Source: an uncultured delta proteobacterium
Lineage (GTDB): Bacteria > Desulfobacterota > Desulfomonilia > UBA1062
Reading direction: 5' to 3'
Length of the DNA stretch: 64,000 bases
Assembly (NCBI GenBank): GCA_963798485.1
Contig: CAWCTR010000023.1
Coordinates: forward strand, 32,001 to 96,000
Positions 36,262 to 47,296 of this stretch are shown here, piece by piece. The position numbers and the translations under genes were made by a program. The notes below the pieces were generated by a model. It saw nothing but the letters and a program-made list of their open reading frames with translations. It searched no databases and had not been told where the DNA came from. Each line of letters starts with the position of its first letter. Position 1 is the first letter of the stretch.

Positions 36262-38481
36262 ATGATCCAGGAAAAAATCGGGGCTGATACAATCACAAGG
36301 GATAACGGCAGTTCGAATACCGCTATAGTCCTGTCCGGGGTGATCGAGCACGTTCGCTATCACCGTCAAGACACAGGCTACACCATTGCCCGCCTCAGGA
36401 CACAGGGTGCTGATGAATCATCCATAAATGTAGTGGCCTTCCTTCCAACGCCCCGCATCGGGGACCTCTACCAGTTCAAGGGTTCATGGGTCGTCCACCC
36501 GAAATACGGGCAACAGTTTCAGGCAACGGAATTTGAGGCCAAGCCCCCGGTGACCATGGAAGGCATAAGGTCCTATCTTTCCTCAGAGATTGAAGAGATA
36601 GGCCCCGAGCTTGCAAAGCGCATCGTTGACGCCTTCGGCATGGATACCTTCAGCATTATCGACCTTGAGCCGCACCGGCTCAGGGAAGTCAGCGGCATAG
36701 GGCGAAAACGTGCCAAGGCCATCCTGCATGCATGGAAGGACCAGAGGATTTTGCGGGATACGTTTGTGTTCCTCTATAGCCAAGGGATCACGGCCGGTCT
36801 CGCATCAAAGGTTTTTAAAAGGTACAGCAAGAACACCATAGATGTGATCAGAAACAACCCCTACCGTCTGGCCGTCGATATCCCGGGCGTTGGCTTTATG
36901 ACCGCCGACCGGATCGCTGAGAAGACCGGCGTTGCCAAGGATTCCCCTGAGAGGATCTGCGGGGGTATCATCTATGTGCTCGAACTTGCCGCCATGCAGG
37001 GGCATTGCTATCTTCCCAGGCGTCTTGTGCTGCAGGAGACAGAGAAAATCCTCGGTGTCGACAGGAAGATCATCTCTGAGAATATCTTGGAACTCGAGTC
37101 CATGAACCATGTGTACATAGAGAAGATCCCGGGCAAGGACCAAGGTGAAGACGCCATATACCACCCTCTGCTTCACAGGGCGGAGAAATACTCTGCAATG
37201 AATCTGTCCATGATGAACAAGGCTGATAAAGGCATTGCATGCGTTGATGCGGATGGGGCTATCGGGTGGATGGAAGACAGGTATCACATCGAATTATCCG
37301 CACGTCAGAAAGAGGCTGTCAAGTGTGCGGCATTGAAGACGTGCATGGTCCTCACCGGCGGCCCGGGGACCGGAAAGACCTCTACCATCACCGCGATTAT
37401 CCACATGTTTAAGGGGATGGATGCAAAGATCCTGTTGTGCGCCCCGACAGGCCGCGCAGCAAAACGCATGACAGAGGCCACCGGCAAGGAATCATGCACG
37501 ATCCACAGGCTGCTGGAATTCAACCCGATGCAGGGGATATTTCAGCGCAATGAAGGACAACCCCTGGAGGCTGATCTTATTATCGTGGACGAGTTTTCCA
37601 TGGTGGACATATCGCTGCTTCATCATCTTCTCAAGGCAATTACCCCCGGCACGACCCTGGTATTTGTCGGCGATGCCGACCAGCTCCCTTCAGTGGGGCC
37701 CGGCAACTGCCTGAAGGACATAATTACATCGGGCATCATCCCTGTGGTAAGGTTGGACACGATCTTCAGGCAAGGCCTGACGAGCCGGATCATCGTCAAC
37801 AGCCACCGGATCAACCAGGGGCTGATGCCCGAGATCCCTGACGATGGCAGCGGGGAGTACCGCTTCATCTCAGAGGAAGACCCCCTCAAGGTCCTCTCCG
37901 AGATCATCCGCCAGGTAAAAGAGGAGCTGCCTGTCAAACATGGCCTGGACCCATTGTGGGACGTGCAGGTGTTGAGCCCCATGCACAAAGGCATCCTTGG
38001 GGTCGAGAACCTGAACAGGAATCTGCAGCAGGCGCTTAACCCTGAAGGCAGGCCATACCGGAGGGGCAACACGGAGTTCCGTATCGGCGACAAGGTGATG
38101 CAGACCCGCAATAATTATGAGCTGGAGGTCTTCAATGGTGACATCGGTTATCTGATGGATATAAACGAAAAGGAAGGCTCATTTCAGGTCGGGTATGACG
38201 ACCGGATAGTACTGTATAGTTCCTCTGACGCTGATGATCTGGTTGTCGCCTATGCAACGACTATCCATAAGGCGCAGGGCTCTGAATATACCTGTGTGAT
38301 CTTGCCTGTCCATACCCAGCACTATGTCATGCTTGCAAGAAATCTGCTGTACACGGCGGTAACAAGGGGCAAACGGCTTGTCTTGACCATCGGCTCGGCC
38401 AGGGCGGTCAGGCTCAGCGTGGAAAACAGCCGGAGCAGAACCCGGTTTACGCGCCTTGCCCAGCGGCTTGTGGGACAATAA
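36262..38481 (+). CDS. recD2: RecD2-type ATP-dependent DNA helicase
   Basis: HhH region, NPY, GGPGTGKT, APTGRAA, DEFSM, GDADQLPSV, TIHKAQGSE, YTAVTR. Confidence 0.94.
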   Translation: MIQEKIGADTITRDNGSSNTAIVLSGVIEHVRYHRQDTGYTIARLRTQGADESSINVVAFLPTPRIGDLYQFKGSWVVHPKYGQQFQATEFEAKPPVTMEGIRSYLSSEIEEIGPELAKRIVDAFGMDTFSIIDLEPHRLREVSGIGRKRAKAILHAWKDQRILRDTFVFLYSQGITAGLASKVFKRYSKNTIDVIRNNPYRLAVDIPGVGFMTADRIAEKTGVAKDSPERICGGIIYVLELAAMQGHCYLPRRLVLQETEKILGVDRKIISENILELESMNHVYIEKIPGKDQGEDAIYHPLLHRAEKYSAMNLSMMNKADKGIACVDADGAIGWMEDRYHIELSARQKEAVKCAALKTCMVLTGGPGTGKTSTITAIIHMFKGMDAKILLCAPTGRAAKRMTEATGKESCTIHRLLEFNPMQGIFQRNEGQPLEADLIIVDEFSMVDISLLHHLLKAITPGTTLVFVGDADQLPSVGPGNCLKDIITSGIIPVVRLDTIFRQGLTSRIIVNSHRINQGLMPEIPDDGSGEYRFISEEDPLKVLSEIIRQVKEELPVKHGLDPLWDVQVLSPMHKGILGVENLNRNLQQALNPEGRPYRRGNTEFRIGDKVMQTRNNYELEVFNGDIGYLMDINEKEGSFQVGYDDRIVLYSSSDADDLVVAYATTIHKAQGSEYTCVILPVHTQHYVMLARNLLYTAVTRGKRLVLTIGSARAVRLSVENSRSRTRFTRLAQRLVGQ

Positions 38482-38494
38482 TAGACCGGCGTCC

Positions 38495-39466
38495 TTACTC
38501 CTTGTCCCGATATCTCTTCGTATAGAGGTGCCGGTTGTAGATGCTCGAGAATGCGGAAAAAGATTCTTCTTCCGGGGTGGCGTCTATGATGGAGCAGATG
38601 CCGGTCAGCTTGGCATCGAGGTCGTCGAGCATATGGAGGAATATGGCTTCTTTGGTCATGGGCAGTTTGGGCGAGCCGAATTCGAGCAGTCCGTGATGAC
38701 CAAGGACCATGTGGAGGAGCTGGAGCTTGAGTTCTTCGGGGAAACCCTCAATGGATGATGCATCCTGATCCACCATGTTAGCGGAAAGGTAGATGTGTCC
38801 CAGGAGCCTGCCCATGGGTGTGATATCGATGATCTTGGTGTAGGTATATTCATAGATCTTTCCCAGGTCATGCACGATGGCGCCCACCACGAGCATATCC
38901 CGGTTGAAACCCATATGGGCATAGACAGGCAGCAGGGCGTCCATGGCCCTCAGTACGAAGAGGGTATGCTCCAGGAGGCCCCCTATATAGTTGTGATGTA
39001 TCCCTTTGGCGGCAGGGGCCTTCATGAACCCCTCCCGTACTCCCTCCCTTGCAAATATCCGCTCAACAAGGAGGCGCAGGTGCGAGTTCTTGATGCCGCT
39101 GCAGGCCTGTTCGAACTCGTCGACCATAGAGGTTATGTCCCTGCTGGTGGAAGGCACCAGGCTTGTGATGTCCACCTCCTGGTCGGAGAGCTTCGTAATC
39201 TTCTCGATCCTGAGCTGCAGGCGGTTCTCGTACGACTCGGCGCTCGCCCTTACCCCGACCACGTCTCCCGGCGCAATGATTGAAACCTGCTCCTGTGCCT
39301 CATCCCAGACCATACCTAAAATATCGCCGGTCTTGTCGGACAGGATAATCTTGCCATAGGGTTTCCCGTTACGGGCGGTAAGCAGCCTTCGCTCGGAGAC
39401 CAGGAACACTGCCTTTACACGGTCACCGTCTCCGATTTCACTGATAAAGCGTCCTTTTAATATCAT
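38495..39466 (-). CDS. yhaM: YhaM-like OB-fold/HD 3'-5' exoribonuclease
   Basis: DKTG, PAAKGIHH..GGLLEH, HDLGK, GHI, HHG..EFGSP, DDLDAK. Confidence 0.88.
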   Translation of the reverse strand: MILKGRFISEIGDGDRVKAVFLVSERRLLTARNGKPYGKIILSDKTGDILGMVWDEAQEQVSIIAPGDVVGVRASAESYENRLQLRIEKITKLSDQEVDITSLVPSTSRDITSMVDEFEQACSGIKNSHLRLLVERIFAREGVREGFMKAPAAKGIHHNYIGGLLEHTLFVLRAMDALLPVYAHMGFNRDMLVVGAIVHDLGKIYEYTYTKIIDITPMGRLLGHIYLSANMVDQDASSIEGFPEELKLQLLHMVLGHHGLLEFGSPKLPMTKEAIFLHMLDDLDAKLTGICSIIDATPEEESFSAFSSIYNRHLYTKRYRDKE

Positions 39467-39490
39467 GTATCTCCCTTACTATCTTTAGAC

Positions 39491-40804
39491 TTACAGGATA
39501 TATCTACTCAGGTCTTCCCTGCTCATGAGCGGCTCGAGGCGCTCCTTGACATATGCCCCATCCACCACCACCTGGCCCTTGAGCTCTTTGGCTGAAAAGG
39601 AGATGTCTTCAAGCATCTTTTCGAGCACGGTATGGAGCCTGCGGGCCCCGATGTTCTCGGTATGGTCATTGATGTACTCGGCAATGGCGGCGACCTCGGA
39701 GACCGCATCATCCGTGAAGGCCAGGTCGATACCTTCGGTGGCAAGCAGTGCCTGATACTGCTTGATGAGCGCATTCTTGGGCTCCATGAGGATGCGGATG
39801 AAATCTTCCTTGCTCAAGGGGCCAAGCTCCTCCCGGATGGGGAAGCGGCCCTGAAGCTCGGGTATGAGGTCGGAGGGCTTGCTCACATGGAAGGCCCCTG
39901 CGCCTATGAACAGGATATGGTCCGTGTTCACCGGGCCGAACTTGGTGTTCACCGTAGTCCCCTCCACGATGGGCAGCAGGTCGCGCTGCACACCTTCGCG
40001 GGACACATCCGGCCCGCGGCCCGATTCCCTGCCTGCGATCTTATCGAGCTCGTCGATGAACACGATGCCCGAGTTCTCTACCCGAAAGCGTGCCTCCTGG
40101 TTCACCTTGTCCATATCGATAAGGCGGCCCACTTCCTGATTGGTGATGAACTCTACGGCCTCTTTTACACTCATGCGCCTGCGCCTGGTGCGTTTGGGCA
40201 TGATGTTGGAAAACATCTCCTTGAAATCGATGCCCATCTCCTCCAGGCCCTGGCCTGAGAAGACCTCGATGGTGGGCATCTGGGTCTCGCGGGACTCCAC
40301 CTCAATGAACCGCTCGTCAAGGAGTCCTTCATCCAGCATCTTTTTCATCTTGTCCCTGCTCTGACCATGGAGCTCGGCGTCCTTCTGGGGCGGCAGCAGG
40401 AGGTCAAGGATGCGCTCCTTGGCTTGCTCCACGGCCTTTGATTTAACCTTCTCGCTCTCCTCGGCCTGCACCATCTGGATGCCCATCCTCATGAGATCGC
40501 GGATAATGGACTCTACATCCCGGCCCACATAACCGACCTCGGTAAACTTGGATGCCTCCACCTTAATAAACGGTGAATTTGAGAGCCTTGCCAGCCTGCG
40601 GGCGATCTCGGTCTTGCCCACGCCGGTGGGGCCGATAAGGATAATGTTCTTGGGATAGATGTCGTCTTTCATCTCCGGGGACACCATCTGGCGCCTCCAT
40701 CGGTTACGCAGTGCAATCGCCACGGCACGCTTGGCCTTGTCCTGGCCTACGATGTACCGGTCGAGCTCAGTGACGATCTGTTTGGGTGTAAGGTTGCTCA
40801 TCAC
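39491..40804 (-). CDS. hslU: ATP-dependent protease ATPase subunit HslU
   Basis: [35 protein letters not shown]. Confidence 0.98.
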   Translation of the reverse strand: MMSNLTPKQIVTELDRYIVGQDKAKRAVAIALRNRWRRQMVSPEMKDDIYPKNIILIGPTGVGKTEIARRLARLSNSPFIKVEASKFTEVGYVGRDVESIIRDLMRMGIQMVQAEESEKVKSKAVEQAKERILDLLLPPQKDAELHGQSRDKMKKMLDEGLLDERFIEVESRETQMPTIEVFSGQGLEEMGIDFKEMFSNIMPKRTRRRRMSVKEAVEFITNQEVGRLIDMDKVNQEARFRVENSGIVFIDELDKIAGRESGRGPDVSREGVQRDLLPIVEGTTVNTKFGPVNTDHILFIGAGAFHVSKPSDLIPELQGRFPIREELGPLSKEDFIRILMEPKNALIKQYQALLATEGIDLAFTDDAVSEVAAIAEYINDHTENIGARRLHTVLEKMLEDISFSAKELKGQVVVDGAYVKERLEPLMSREDLSRYIL

Positions 40805-41334
40805 AGCTCCTCATATTGTATGGCTTTATTCGTATAGATGCAGATATCGGATGCAATCTCCATGGAATAGGATGCAATCTCTTTGGCGCCAAGGTCCGTG
40901 TACTTCAAGAGGGCCTTGGCTGCTGCAAAGGCGTAATTGCCCCCTGAGCCGATGCCGCAGACATCATCGTCGGGCTCCACCACATCGCCGGTGCCGGAGA
41001 GGATGAAGGTATTGGCGGTATCCGCCACGATCATGAGGGCCTCCAGCCTCCTGAGCACCCTGTCGGTCCTCCAGTCTTTTCCCATCTCGACAGCGGCCCT
41101 GGTGAGATTGCCCCGATATTCCTTCAGCTTGTCCTCAAAGCGTTCAAAGAGGGTGAATGCATCCGATGTTGATCCGGCAAATCCGGCCAAAATCTTGTTG
41201 TCATGGATCTTTCTTACCTTCTTGGCAGTGCCTTTAAGGATCACATTGTTCATGGTCACCTGGCCGTCGCCTGCGAGTACGACCTTGCCGGCCCTTCTTA
41301 CGCATAATATGGTGGTTCCGCGGATCTCCATCAT
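40801..41334 (-). CDS. hslV: ATP-dependent protease subunit HslV
   Basis: TTI..GDGQVT, AGFAG, GSGG. Confidence 0.98.
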   Translation of the reverse strand: MMEIRGTTILCVRRAGKVVLAGDGQVTMNNVILKGTAKKVRKIHDNKILAGFAGSTSDAFTLFERFEDKLKEYRGNLTRAAVEMGKDWRTDRVLRRLEALMIVADTANTFILSGTGDVVEPDDDVCGIGSGGNYAFAAAKALLKYTDLGAKEIASYSMEIASDICIYTNKAIQYEEL

Positions 41335-42209
41335 CCCTCCTTTGCCCTCGGATGAGCTTTATCATATACATCCATGAGTTTGTCCACACTCAAGTGGGTG
41401 TAGCGCTGGGTGGTGGAAAGGCTTGCATGGCCGAGCATCTCCTGGATGGACCTGAGGTCGGCGCCCGCATCCAGCATGTGGCTTGCAAAGGTGTGCCTGA
41501 TGACATGCGGGCTCACATGCCTGGCAAGGGAGGCCTGCAAGGCCCACTGCTCGATGACCCGCCTGATGCTCCTTGACCTGATGGGAGTGCCCCTGCTGTT
41601 AAGAAACAGCGGCTCGGTGCAGTAAATTGGGTCGTTGATGCCCCTTGTTCTCAGGTAACTGCCGATAGCGCTGAGCGCCCGGTCGCCCACAGGTACATAG
41701 CGCTGCTTTGAGCCCTTGCCTGTAACCATGATGAAGCCCTTATGCATGTCCACATCACAGCACTTCATGGTCTCGGCCTCCCCCACCCGGATGCCAGTGG
41801 AGTAGAGCAGCTCGAGGATAGCCCTGTCGCGGGGATCGATAACCGCATTGATAAGGTCGAACACCTCATCGTGGCTCAGGAACTGCGGCAGGTTTTCCCT
41901 GTGCTTGAGAGACCGCACATGGCCGAAGGGATTCATGGGCAGCTCTATGGAGTGCATCACAAAGTCGAAGAACCCTTTAATGGAGCTCAGCTTGCGGTTG
42001 ACCGAGGTGCGTGAGTAGTGCGACCGAAGATTAAGCATGTAGGAGCGCACCATGAGGCGGTCCGGAAGGGAGGCCTGACGCTCGGTAATAAAGCAGATGA
42101 AATGTCTGATATCGCCCAGGTAAGCCCGGTATGTCTCGCCTGAAAGTCCTTTGTTGTCCAACAGGACAAGGGCATAGCGGTTCAGCAGGGTCTCATAGTC
42201 CGGATCCAT
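41331..42209 (-). CDS. xerC: Tyrosine recombinase XerC
   Basis: [40 protein letters not shown]; xerC-hslVU synteny. Confidence 0.9.
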   Translation of the reverse strand: MDPDYETLLNRYALVLLDNKGLSGETYRAYLGDIRHFICFITERQASLPDRLMVRSYMLNLRSHYSRTSVNRKLSSIKGFFDFVMHSIELPMNPFGHVRSLKHRENLPQFLSHDEVFDLINAVIDPRDRAILELLYSTGIRVGEAETMKCCDVDMHKGFIMVTGKGSKQRYVPVGDRALSAIGSYLRTRGINDPIYCTEPLFLNSRGTPIRSRSIRRVIEQWALQASLARHVSPHVIRHTFASHMLDAGADLRSIQEMLGHASLSTTQRYTHLSVDKLMDVYDKAHPRAKEG

Positions 42210-42215
42210 GGTGCG

Positions 42216-42244
42216 AACTTACACCCTGGAATTGTTTAAATCAA
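42216..42244 (-). promoter_or_regulatory. sigma70 promoter of xerC-hslVU (leaderless)
   Basis: TTGATT-N17-TAAGTT, 6 nt before ATG 42209; no SD. Confidence 0.65.
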
Positions 42245-42357
42245 GGTCTCGATAGGCTGCCTATGCGGCTGTATTCCATTCTTGCCAATGAGGATGTCTT
42301 GTGAAATAGTAACAAGAGTAACCCTAAAAAAAGACATCCTAATCTGGAGGTGGCAAT

Positions 42358-43647
42358 ATGGCGAACGTGGTGATTGTCGATGGAGTAAGGACAGCGGTAG
42401 GCGGCTTTGGGGGGACACTGAAGGATGTTCCGGCCAAGGAGCTTGGCGCGCTTGTTATTCACGAGGTCCTTAATAAGAATGGACTCAGGCCGGAAGTTTC
42501 CGTATCGAGCAAGGAATACGCGCCTGATGTTTTCAAGAATGCAGGCCTGTCGGTCATTGAAGAGAAATACTCCGGCTGGTCCAAAGACCTCAAAGGTATC
42601 GTGATCGATGAAGTTATCATGGGCAACGTGCTCCAGGCAGGCCAGGGCCAGAATCCTGCCAGGCAGGCCATGATCATGGCAGGGCTCCCCAAGGAGACGG
42701 GTGCATTCACCATCAACAAGGTCTGCGCATCGGGCATGAAGGCCATCGCCCTGGCTACGGCATCCATCATTGCAGGTGATAACAACGTCGTCATTGCAGG
42801 CGGCATGGAGAATATGAGCGACGTGCCCATCTCGCTGCCCAAGGCACGCTGGGGTTACCGCATGGACATGCCCTATGGCAAGACCATGGACCTCATGGTG
42901 TTCGACGGCCTCTATGAGATCTTTTATGGCTATCACATGGGCATCACGGCCGAGAACATCGCCGAGAAATACGGCATCACCAGGGCCGAGCAGGACAAGA
43001 TGGGTATCGACAGCCACATGCGCGCACTGGCTGCCATAAAATCCGGTATTTTGAAAGGCGAGATCGTGCCGGTGAAGATCCCCAAGAAAAAGGGTGACGC
43101 ATTAATATTTGACACGGACGAGCGTCCCATGGACACCACCCTGGAGAAGATGGGCAAGCTCGCCACTGTTTTCAAGAAGGACGGCACGGTCACGGCAGGC
43201 AACGCATCGGGCATCAATGATGCCGCGGCCGCCTGCCTGGTCATGAATGAAGACAAGGCCAAAGAGTTGGGGCTCAAGCCCATGGTCAGGATTAAGGGCT
43301 ATGCAACAGGCGGAGTGGACCCGTCATATATGGGCCTCGGGCCAATCCCTGCAGTCAGGAAGCTGCTGAAGATCACCAAGACATCGGTGAAGGACTATGG
43401 CCTCTTCGAGGTGAATGAGGCCTTTGCATCACAGGCCATTGCCTGCATGCGGGAGCTGAACATGGACTGGAACATCACGAATGTAAACGGCTCCGCAATC
43501 TCCATCGGCCACCCTATCGGCTGCACCGGTGCACGTATTATCATAGCGCTGGCCAACGAGATGAAAAGGCGCGACATTGGGCTCGGCATGGCGTCGCTCT
43601 GCATCGGCGGTGGCATGGGAATGGCCATGGCCATTGAGCTTGTTTAA
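42358..43647 (+). CDS. Acetyl-CoA acetyltransferase (thiolase)
   Basis: NKVCASG, NEAF, GHPIG, LCIGGG catalytic motifs. Confidence 0.96.
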   Translation: MANVVIVDGVRTAVGGFGGTLKDVPAKELGALVIHEVLNKNGLRPEVSVSSKEYAPDVFKNAGLSVIEEKYSGWSKDLKGIVIDEVIMGNVLQAGQGQNPARQAMIMAGLPKETGAFTINKVCASGMKAIALATASIIAGDNNVVIAGGMENMSDVPISLPKARWGYRMDMPYGKTMDLMVFDGLYEIFYGYHMGITAENIAEKYGITRAEQDKMGIDSHMRALAAIKSGILKGEIVPVKIPKKKGDALIFDTDERPMDTTLEKMGKLATVFKKDGTVTAGNASGINDAAAACLVMNEDKAKELGLKPMVRIKGYATGGVDPSYMGLGPIPAVRKLLKITKTSVKDYGLFEVNEAFASQAIACMRELNMDWNITNVNGSAISIGHPIGCTGARIIIALANEMKRRDIGLGMASLCIGGGMGMAMAIELV

Positions 43648-43671
43648 GAAAAGGAAGAGTGAAAAGGGGTT

Positions 43672-43692
43672 GCCCCCCCACGGTGGGGGGGC
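43672..43692. terminator. GC-rich hairpin between convergent genes
   Basis: GCCCCCCCA-CGG-TGGGGGGGC. Confidence 0.6.
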
Positions 43693-43703
43693 TGGGGTAT
43701 AGG

Positions 43704-45068
43704 TTATTCCAGATCCTTCCTCCGAATGACCTGGAATACGACTATCGTAATCATGAACAGGATTGCCGAGCCACAAGTGCCTGTAGCGGTATGGGCCGTC
43801 TCGATGAGACATCCGCCCCCGCTACTTCCGCCATCGGAAGCGCTCGCAACCGCAGTGTTTGTATCGTTTGCCTGTGGAGATTCCTGTGCGGATTTCGTTG
43901 AGGTATCAAGGCTTCCCTCGGTAAGGAGCGCCTCATAGGCGTTTACGCAACCACCGCTTGAAACCATGCTCGACCCGGCGCTCGGGATCTTGGTTGCCGA
44001 ATTCAAAATGGCTTCCCTCAACGACTTGTAACCCATATTAGGCGATTGGGAGAGCACCATTGCAGCAATGCCGGCAACAAAGGGCGTAGCAAAAGAGGTC
44101 CCTGCTGCATTGGAAACATAGCCGCTATTTATAGTAGTGGTCGTAATCCCGACCCCGGGCGCCATGATTTGTACGGTTTTCAGTCCGTAATTTGAGAACG
44201 ATGCAAGGCTGCCATCGGTGTCCATTGCGGCAACTGCTATGACATTGTCATAGGGACAGTTGGATGGGTAGTGGCCTGTAGTGTCGTTATTCTGCCCGTT
44301 GTTCCCTGCGGATGCAACAAACAGCACCCCCTTGTTCCTTGCGTATGCAATTGCATCATCCAATGCACTGGATTGATCATAAAAGCCCCAGCTTGCATTG
44401 ATGATCTCTGCACCGTGATCGACGGCATAGTAGATGGCATCTATTGCATCCGAAAGATTCCCTGTAGTCTCGCCGTTGTTGAGCTTCATGAACTTGACTG
44501 GCATGATGGCAATGTTCACATCCCAGGCCACCCCTGCTATACCGATTCCATTATTGCCGGCAGCCCCGAGGATGCCGCACACCTTGGTGCCATGGCCTGC
44601 GTCGTCTTCCGGTGTATCGTCATGGTTCGCGAAATCGTACCCGGGTAGTAACCTGCCCTGCAGATCAGGGTGATCCATATCCACCCCTGAATCGACTACG
44701 GCAACGACAACCTGCTGGCCTGTGCCCTGTTTTGTTATGAGGTCCCAAGCATCTTCAAGCCCGAGTTGGCTCCACTCATCATCTGGATATGGCCAGTCAT
44801 CCGGGACCGTCTCAGCCTTGATGATGTAGTTCGGTTCCGCATACTCGACATCATCGCTTGCCCTGAGCTCTTTTATAGCCTTGTCGGCATCGTCCACTGC
44901 AACGGCTATCGGCCGCTCTTCCACCAAGGCTTCTGATGAAAGACCTTGTGGGTTCTTTGTCTTGAATTTCACGATGACCTCGTCCGTGCGATAATTTGCA
45001 GCATTGAGCGAAAAGGCCGACAGGATGAAAACCAGGATGCCGAGAGAAAATGTTCTATAGTCTTTCAC
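43704..45068 (-). CDS. S8 subtilisin-like peptidase with C-terminal GGGC-TM-RRK sorting tail
   Basis: Signal peptide; VDSG, GHGT, GTS triad; C-terminal SSGGGCLI...hydrophobic...RRK. Confidence 0.93.
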   Translation of the reverse strand: MKDYRTFSLGILVFILSAFSLNAANYRTDEVIVKFKTKNPQGLSSEALVEERPIAVAVDDADKAIKELRASDDVEYAEPNYIIKAETVPDDWPYPDDEWSQLGLEDAWDLITKQGTGQQVVVAVVDSGVDMDHPDLQGRLLPGYDFANHDDTPEDDAGHGTKVCGILGAAGNNGIGIAGVAWDVNIAIMPVKFMKLNNGETTGNLSDAIDAIYYAVDHGAEIINASWGFYDQSSALDDAIAYARNKGVLFVASAGNNGQNNDTTGHYPSNCPYDNVIAVAAMDTDGSLASFSNYGLKTVQIMAPGVGITTTTINSGYVSNAAGTSFATPFVAGIAAMVLSQSPNMGYKSLREAILNSATKIPSAGSSMVSSGGCVNAYEALLTEGSLDTSTKSAQESPQANDTNTAVASASDGGSSGGGCLIETAHTATGTCGSAILFMITIVVFQVIRRKDLE

Positions 45069-45107
45069 CTTATACCCCCCTGATCGTTGATGATCTGGGT
45101 TGACTAA

Positions 45108-45124
45108 GGCAAGGCGGATGCCAA
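45108..45124 (-). promoter_or_regulatory. sigma54 promoter of the S8 peptidase
   Basis: TTGGCATCCGCCTTGCC (GG-N10-GC), 40 nt before the start; IHF-like TAACAATACGTTA just upstream. Confidence 0.75.
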
Positions 45125-45317
45125 GATATTTGATGCCGGATGATTATTATGATTACATAATAATAACAATACGTTAAAGTGAATTAAATGGGCTTATGGC
45201 TCTTTATTGACGGTTACACAAGTTGCAGCATGGTATTCTGAATTACAATCAGTGGAATCTGTTATGTAACCGGCATGTAACTGAACAGGTGATTCAGGGC
45301 AGGTTAAACTATTTGTA

Positions 45318-46118
45318 TTATGATCTCCCCTTGAGCAGTTCCTCATAACCCTTGCTGAACAAGTGATACTGCTCAGGTGTTATTTCCTGAGGCCGCGCTC
45401 CAAGATTGATGCCCGCATACCCACAGAGCTTCTCAAGGGCTTCTTCATCCATGGACGGTAGTTGCGACAGCGTGTTCCTGAGGGTCTTCCTCCTCTGGCC
45501 GAAGGCCTTGGAAACTACACGCCGGAACACCTCCATATCAGACTGGGGTATGGGAGAGCTTTTCGGCGTGAGCTTGATTACCTGGGAATCAACCTTGGGC
45601 CGGGGGAAAAAATTGTTCGGCCCGACAATAAACCCGGGTGATGCATCGAATCCGGCTGAGACTATTACGCTCAACAAGGAATAGGTCCTGTCTCCGACAT
45701 GCGCACAGATCCTTTGCCCGACCTCCTTTTGGATCATGACGACAACCGATTGGATGCGCCCGGCATGATCTATGAGCCGCATGATAAGCTGTGTTGCAAT
45801 GTTGTAGGGTAGGTTGGAGACTATCTTGGCCCCATGGGGAATAATCCGGCCCAAGTCGCTTTCTAAAATGTCCTGGTGAACAAGCTGCAGGTTACTGAAA
45901 TCCCTTAGACCCACGCCCAGCTGCTCAAAAAGCTTGTCGTCCTTCTCGATGGCGATGACCTTTGATGCGTACTTGAGGAGCACCCGGGTCAGCATGCCCC
46001 TGCCGGGCCCGACCTCCACAACCATATCCTTTTTGCCGATGTCGGCAAGGGATGCCATCTTCTCGGCAATCCCGATATTTTTCAGGAAGTTCTGAGAGAG
46101 GGAGCGTTTTGGTCTCAT
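45318..46118 (-). CDS. rsmA: 16S rRNA dimethyltransferase RsmA/KsgA
   Basis: SLSQNFL, EVGPGRG, NLPYNI, QKEV, PRPKVDS, QRRKTL. Confidence 0.97.
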   Translation of the reverse strand: MRPKRSLSQNFLKNIGIAEKMASLADIGKKDMVVEVGPGRGMLTRVLLKYASKVIAIEKDDKLFEQLGVGLRDFSNLQLVHQDILESDLGRIIPHGAKIVSNLPYNIATQLIMRLIDHAGRIQSVVVMIQKEVGQRICAHVGDRTYSLLSVIVSAGFDASPGFIVGPNNFFPRPKVDSQVIKLTPKSSPIPQSDMEVFRRVVSKAFGQRRKTLRNTLSQLPSMDEEALEKLCGYAGINLGARPQEITPEQYHLFSKGYEELLKGRS

Positions 46119-46179
46119 AATAATTGTTTACCTCATGTAGCAGGGCAATTCCAGTCAAAGGCAATGGGGCTTATTTATC

Positions 46180-47253
46180 TCACCCCGTTATGGATGACCA
46201 CCTCGATACGGCATTCATATCAAGATCCGCAAAATGACCGTCCCTGAAGTGCCTGATGCCGGCGATGCCGATCATGGCTGCGTTGTCGGTGCAATATTTC
46301 CTTTCCGGGATGACGAGACGTATCCCGGAGAGGCCTGCCTTCTCTTTCATGGCCTCCCGCAGGGCGGTGTTGCTTGCCACACCGCCGGCGACCACTATGA
46401 GGCCTATGCCGGTATCCTTTGCGGCCCTGATGGTCTTGGTTACGAGCACATCCACTACTGCTGCCTGAAAGGCGGCCGAGATTTCGGGTATAAGGTGTTC
46501 TTTGCCGGGCTTTGGTTTCTTTGCCTCGGGCAAGCCTGAAAATCTCAGGTCGAGCCCTTCGAAGATATCGGACTTTATCACAAGGTTCAGGACCGCTGTC
46601 TTGAGGCCCGAGAAACTGAAGTCATAACTGTGATCATTCATCAGAGGCCTTGGTAGGTTGATGGAACCATGGTCTATCCCCCTGGATATCTTTTCAATGA
46701 TCACCCCTCCGGGATAACCCAGGTTTAAAAGCTTGGCAACCTTGTCAAAGGCCTCTCCTGCAGCGTCATCGATGGTCTGGCCGATCTGGGTGATATCGGA
46801 TTCGCTTTTAACATGATAGAGCGATGTATGGCCCCCGGAGACCACCATGCCCAGGTGCGGGTAGGTCAGCTCGGCGCCGATTTTGGCGGCACAGAGATGA
46901 CCCTCAAGGTGGTTGATCCCGCACAGAGGGATGGAAAGGCCATAGGCCAGGGCCTTGGCATAGGAAATACCCACCAATAAGGCCCCGATAAGGCCCGGTC
47001 CCTGTGTGACTGCGATCCCGTCGAGGCGGGTCAGGCTTATATCCGCCTGATGAAGCGCCTCATCCACAACAGGGACGATGAGCTCGATATGCCTGCGGGA
47101 TGCGATCTCAGGCACCACGCCGCCGAACACGGCATGGTCTTCAATCTGGCTCGCCACAACGTTTGACAGGATCTCGCCTTGAGTCGTGACTACAGCGGCT
47201 GCGGTCTCGTCGCAGGAGGTCTCGATGGCAAGGAGGTATCGTGTCTCGCTCAT
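46180..47253 (-). CDS. tsaD: tRNA t6A synthase TsaD
   Basis: IETSCDET, GGVVPE, NHLEGH, SGGHT, DDAAGEAFDK, CTDNAAMI. Confidence 0.98.
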   Translation of the reverse strand: MSETRYLLAIETSCDETAAAVVTTQGEILSNVVASQIEDHAVFGGVVPEIASRRHIELIVPVVDEALHQADISLTRLDGIAVTQGPGLIGALLVGISYAKALAYGLSIPLCGINHLEGHLCAAKIGAELTYPHLGMVVSGGHTSLYHVKSESDITQIGQTIDDAAGEAFDKVAKLLNLGYPGGVIIEKISRGIDHGSINLPRPLMNDHSYDFSFSGLKTAVLNLVIKSDIFEGLDLRFSGLPEAKKPKPGKEHLIPEISAAFQAAVVDVLVTKTIRAAKDTGIGLIVVAGGVASNTALREAMKEKAGLSGIRLVIPERKYCTDNAAMIGIAGIRHFRDGHFADLDMNAVSRWSSITG

Positions 47254-47296
47254 GGCTTTTCTCGTTGAGGTATGTGTCTGTCCGGCCGATTGTGGT

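Noticed and set aside
46119-46160. Leaderless promoter for rsmA
   Set aside because: TTGACT is not properly spaced from any TAnnnT, and a GAGGT SD-like element is present
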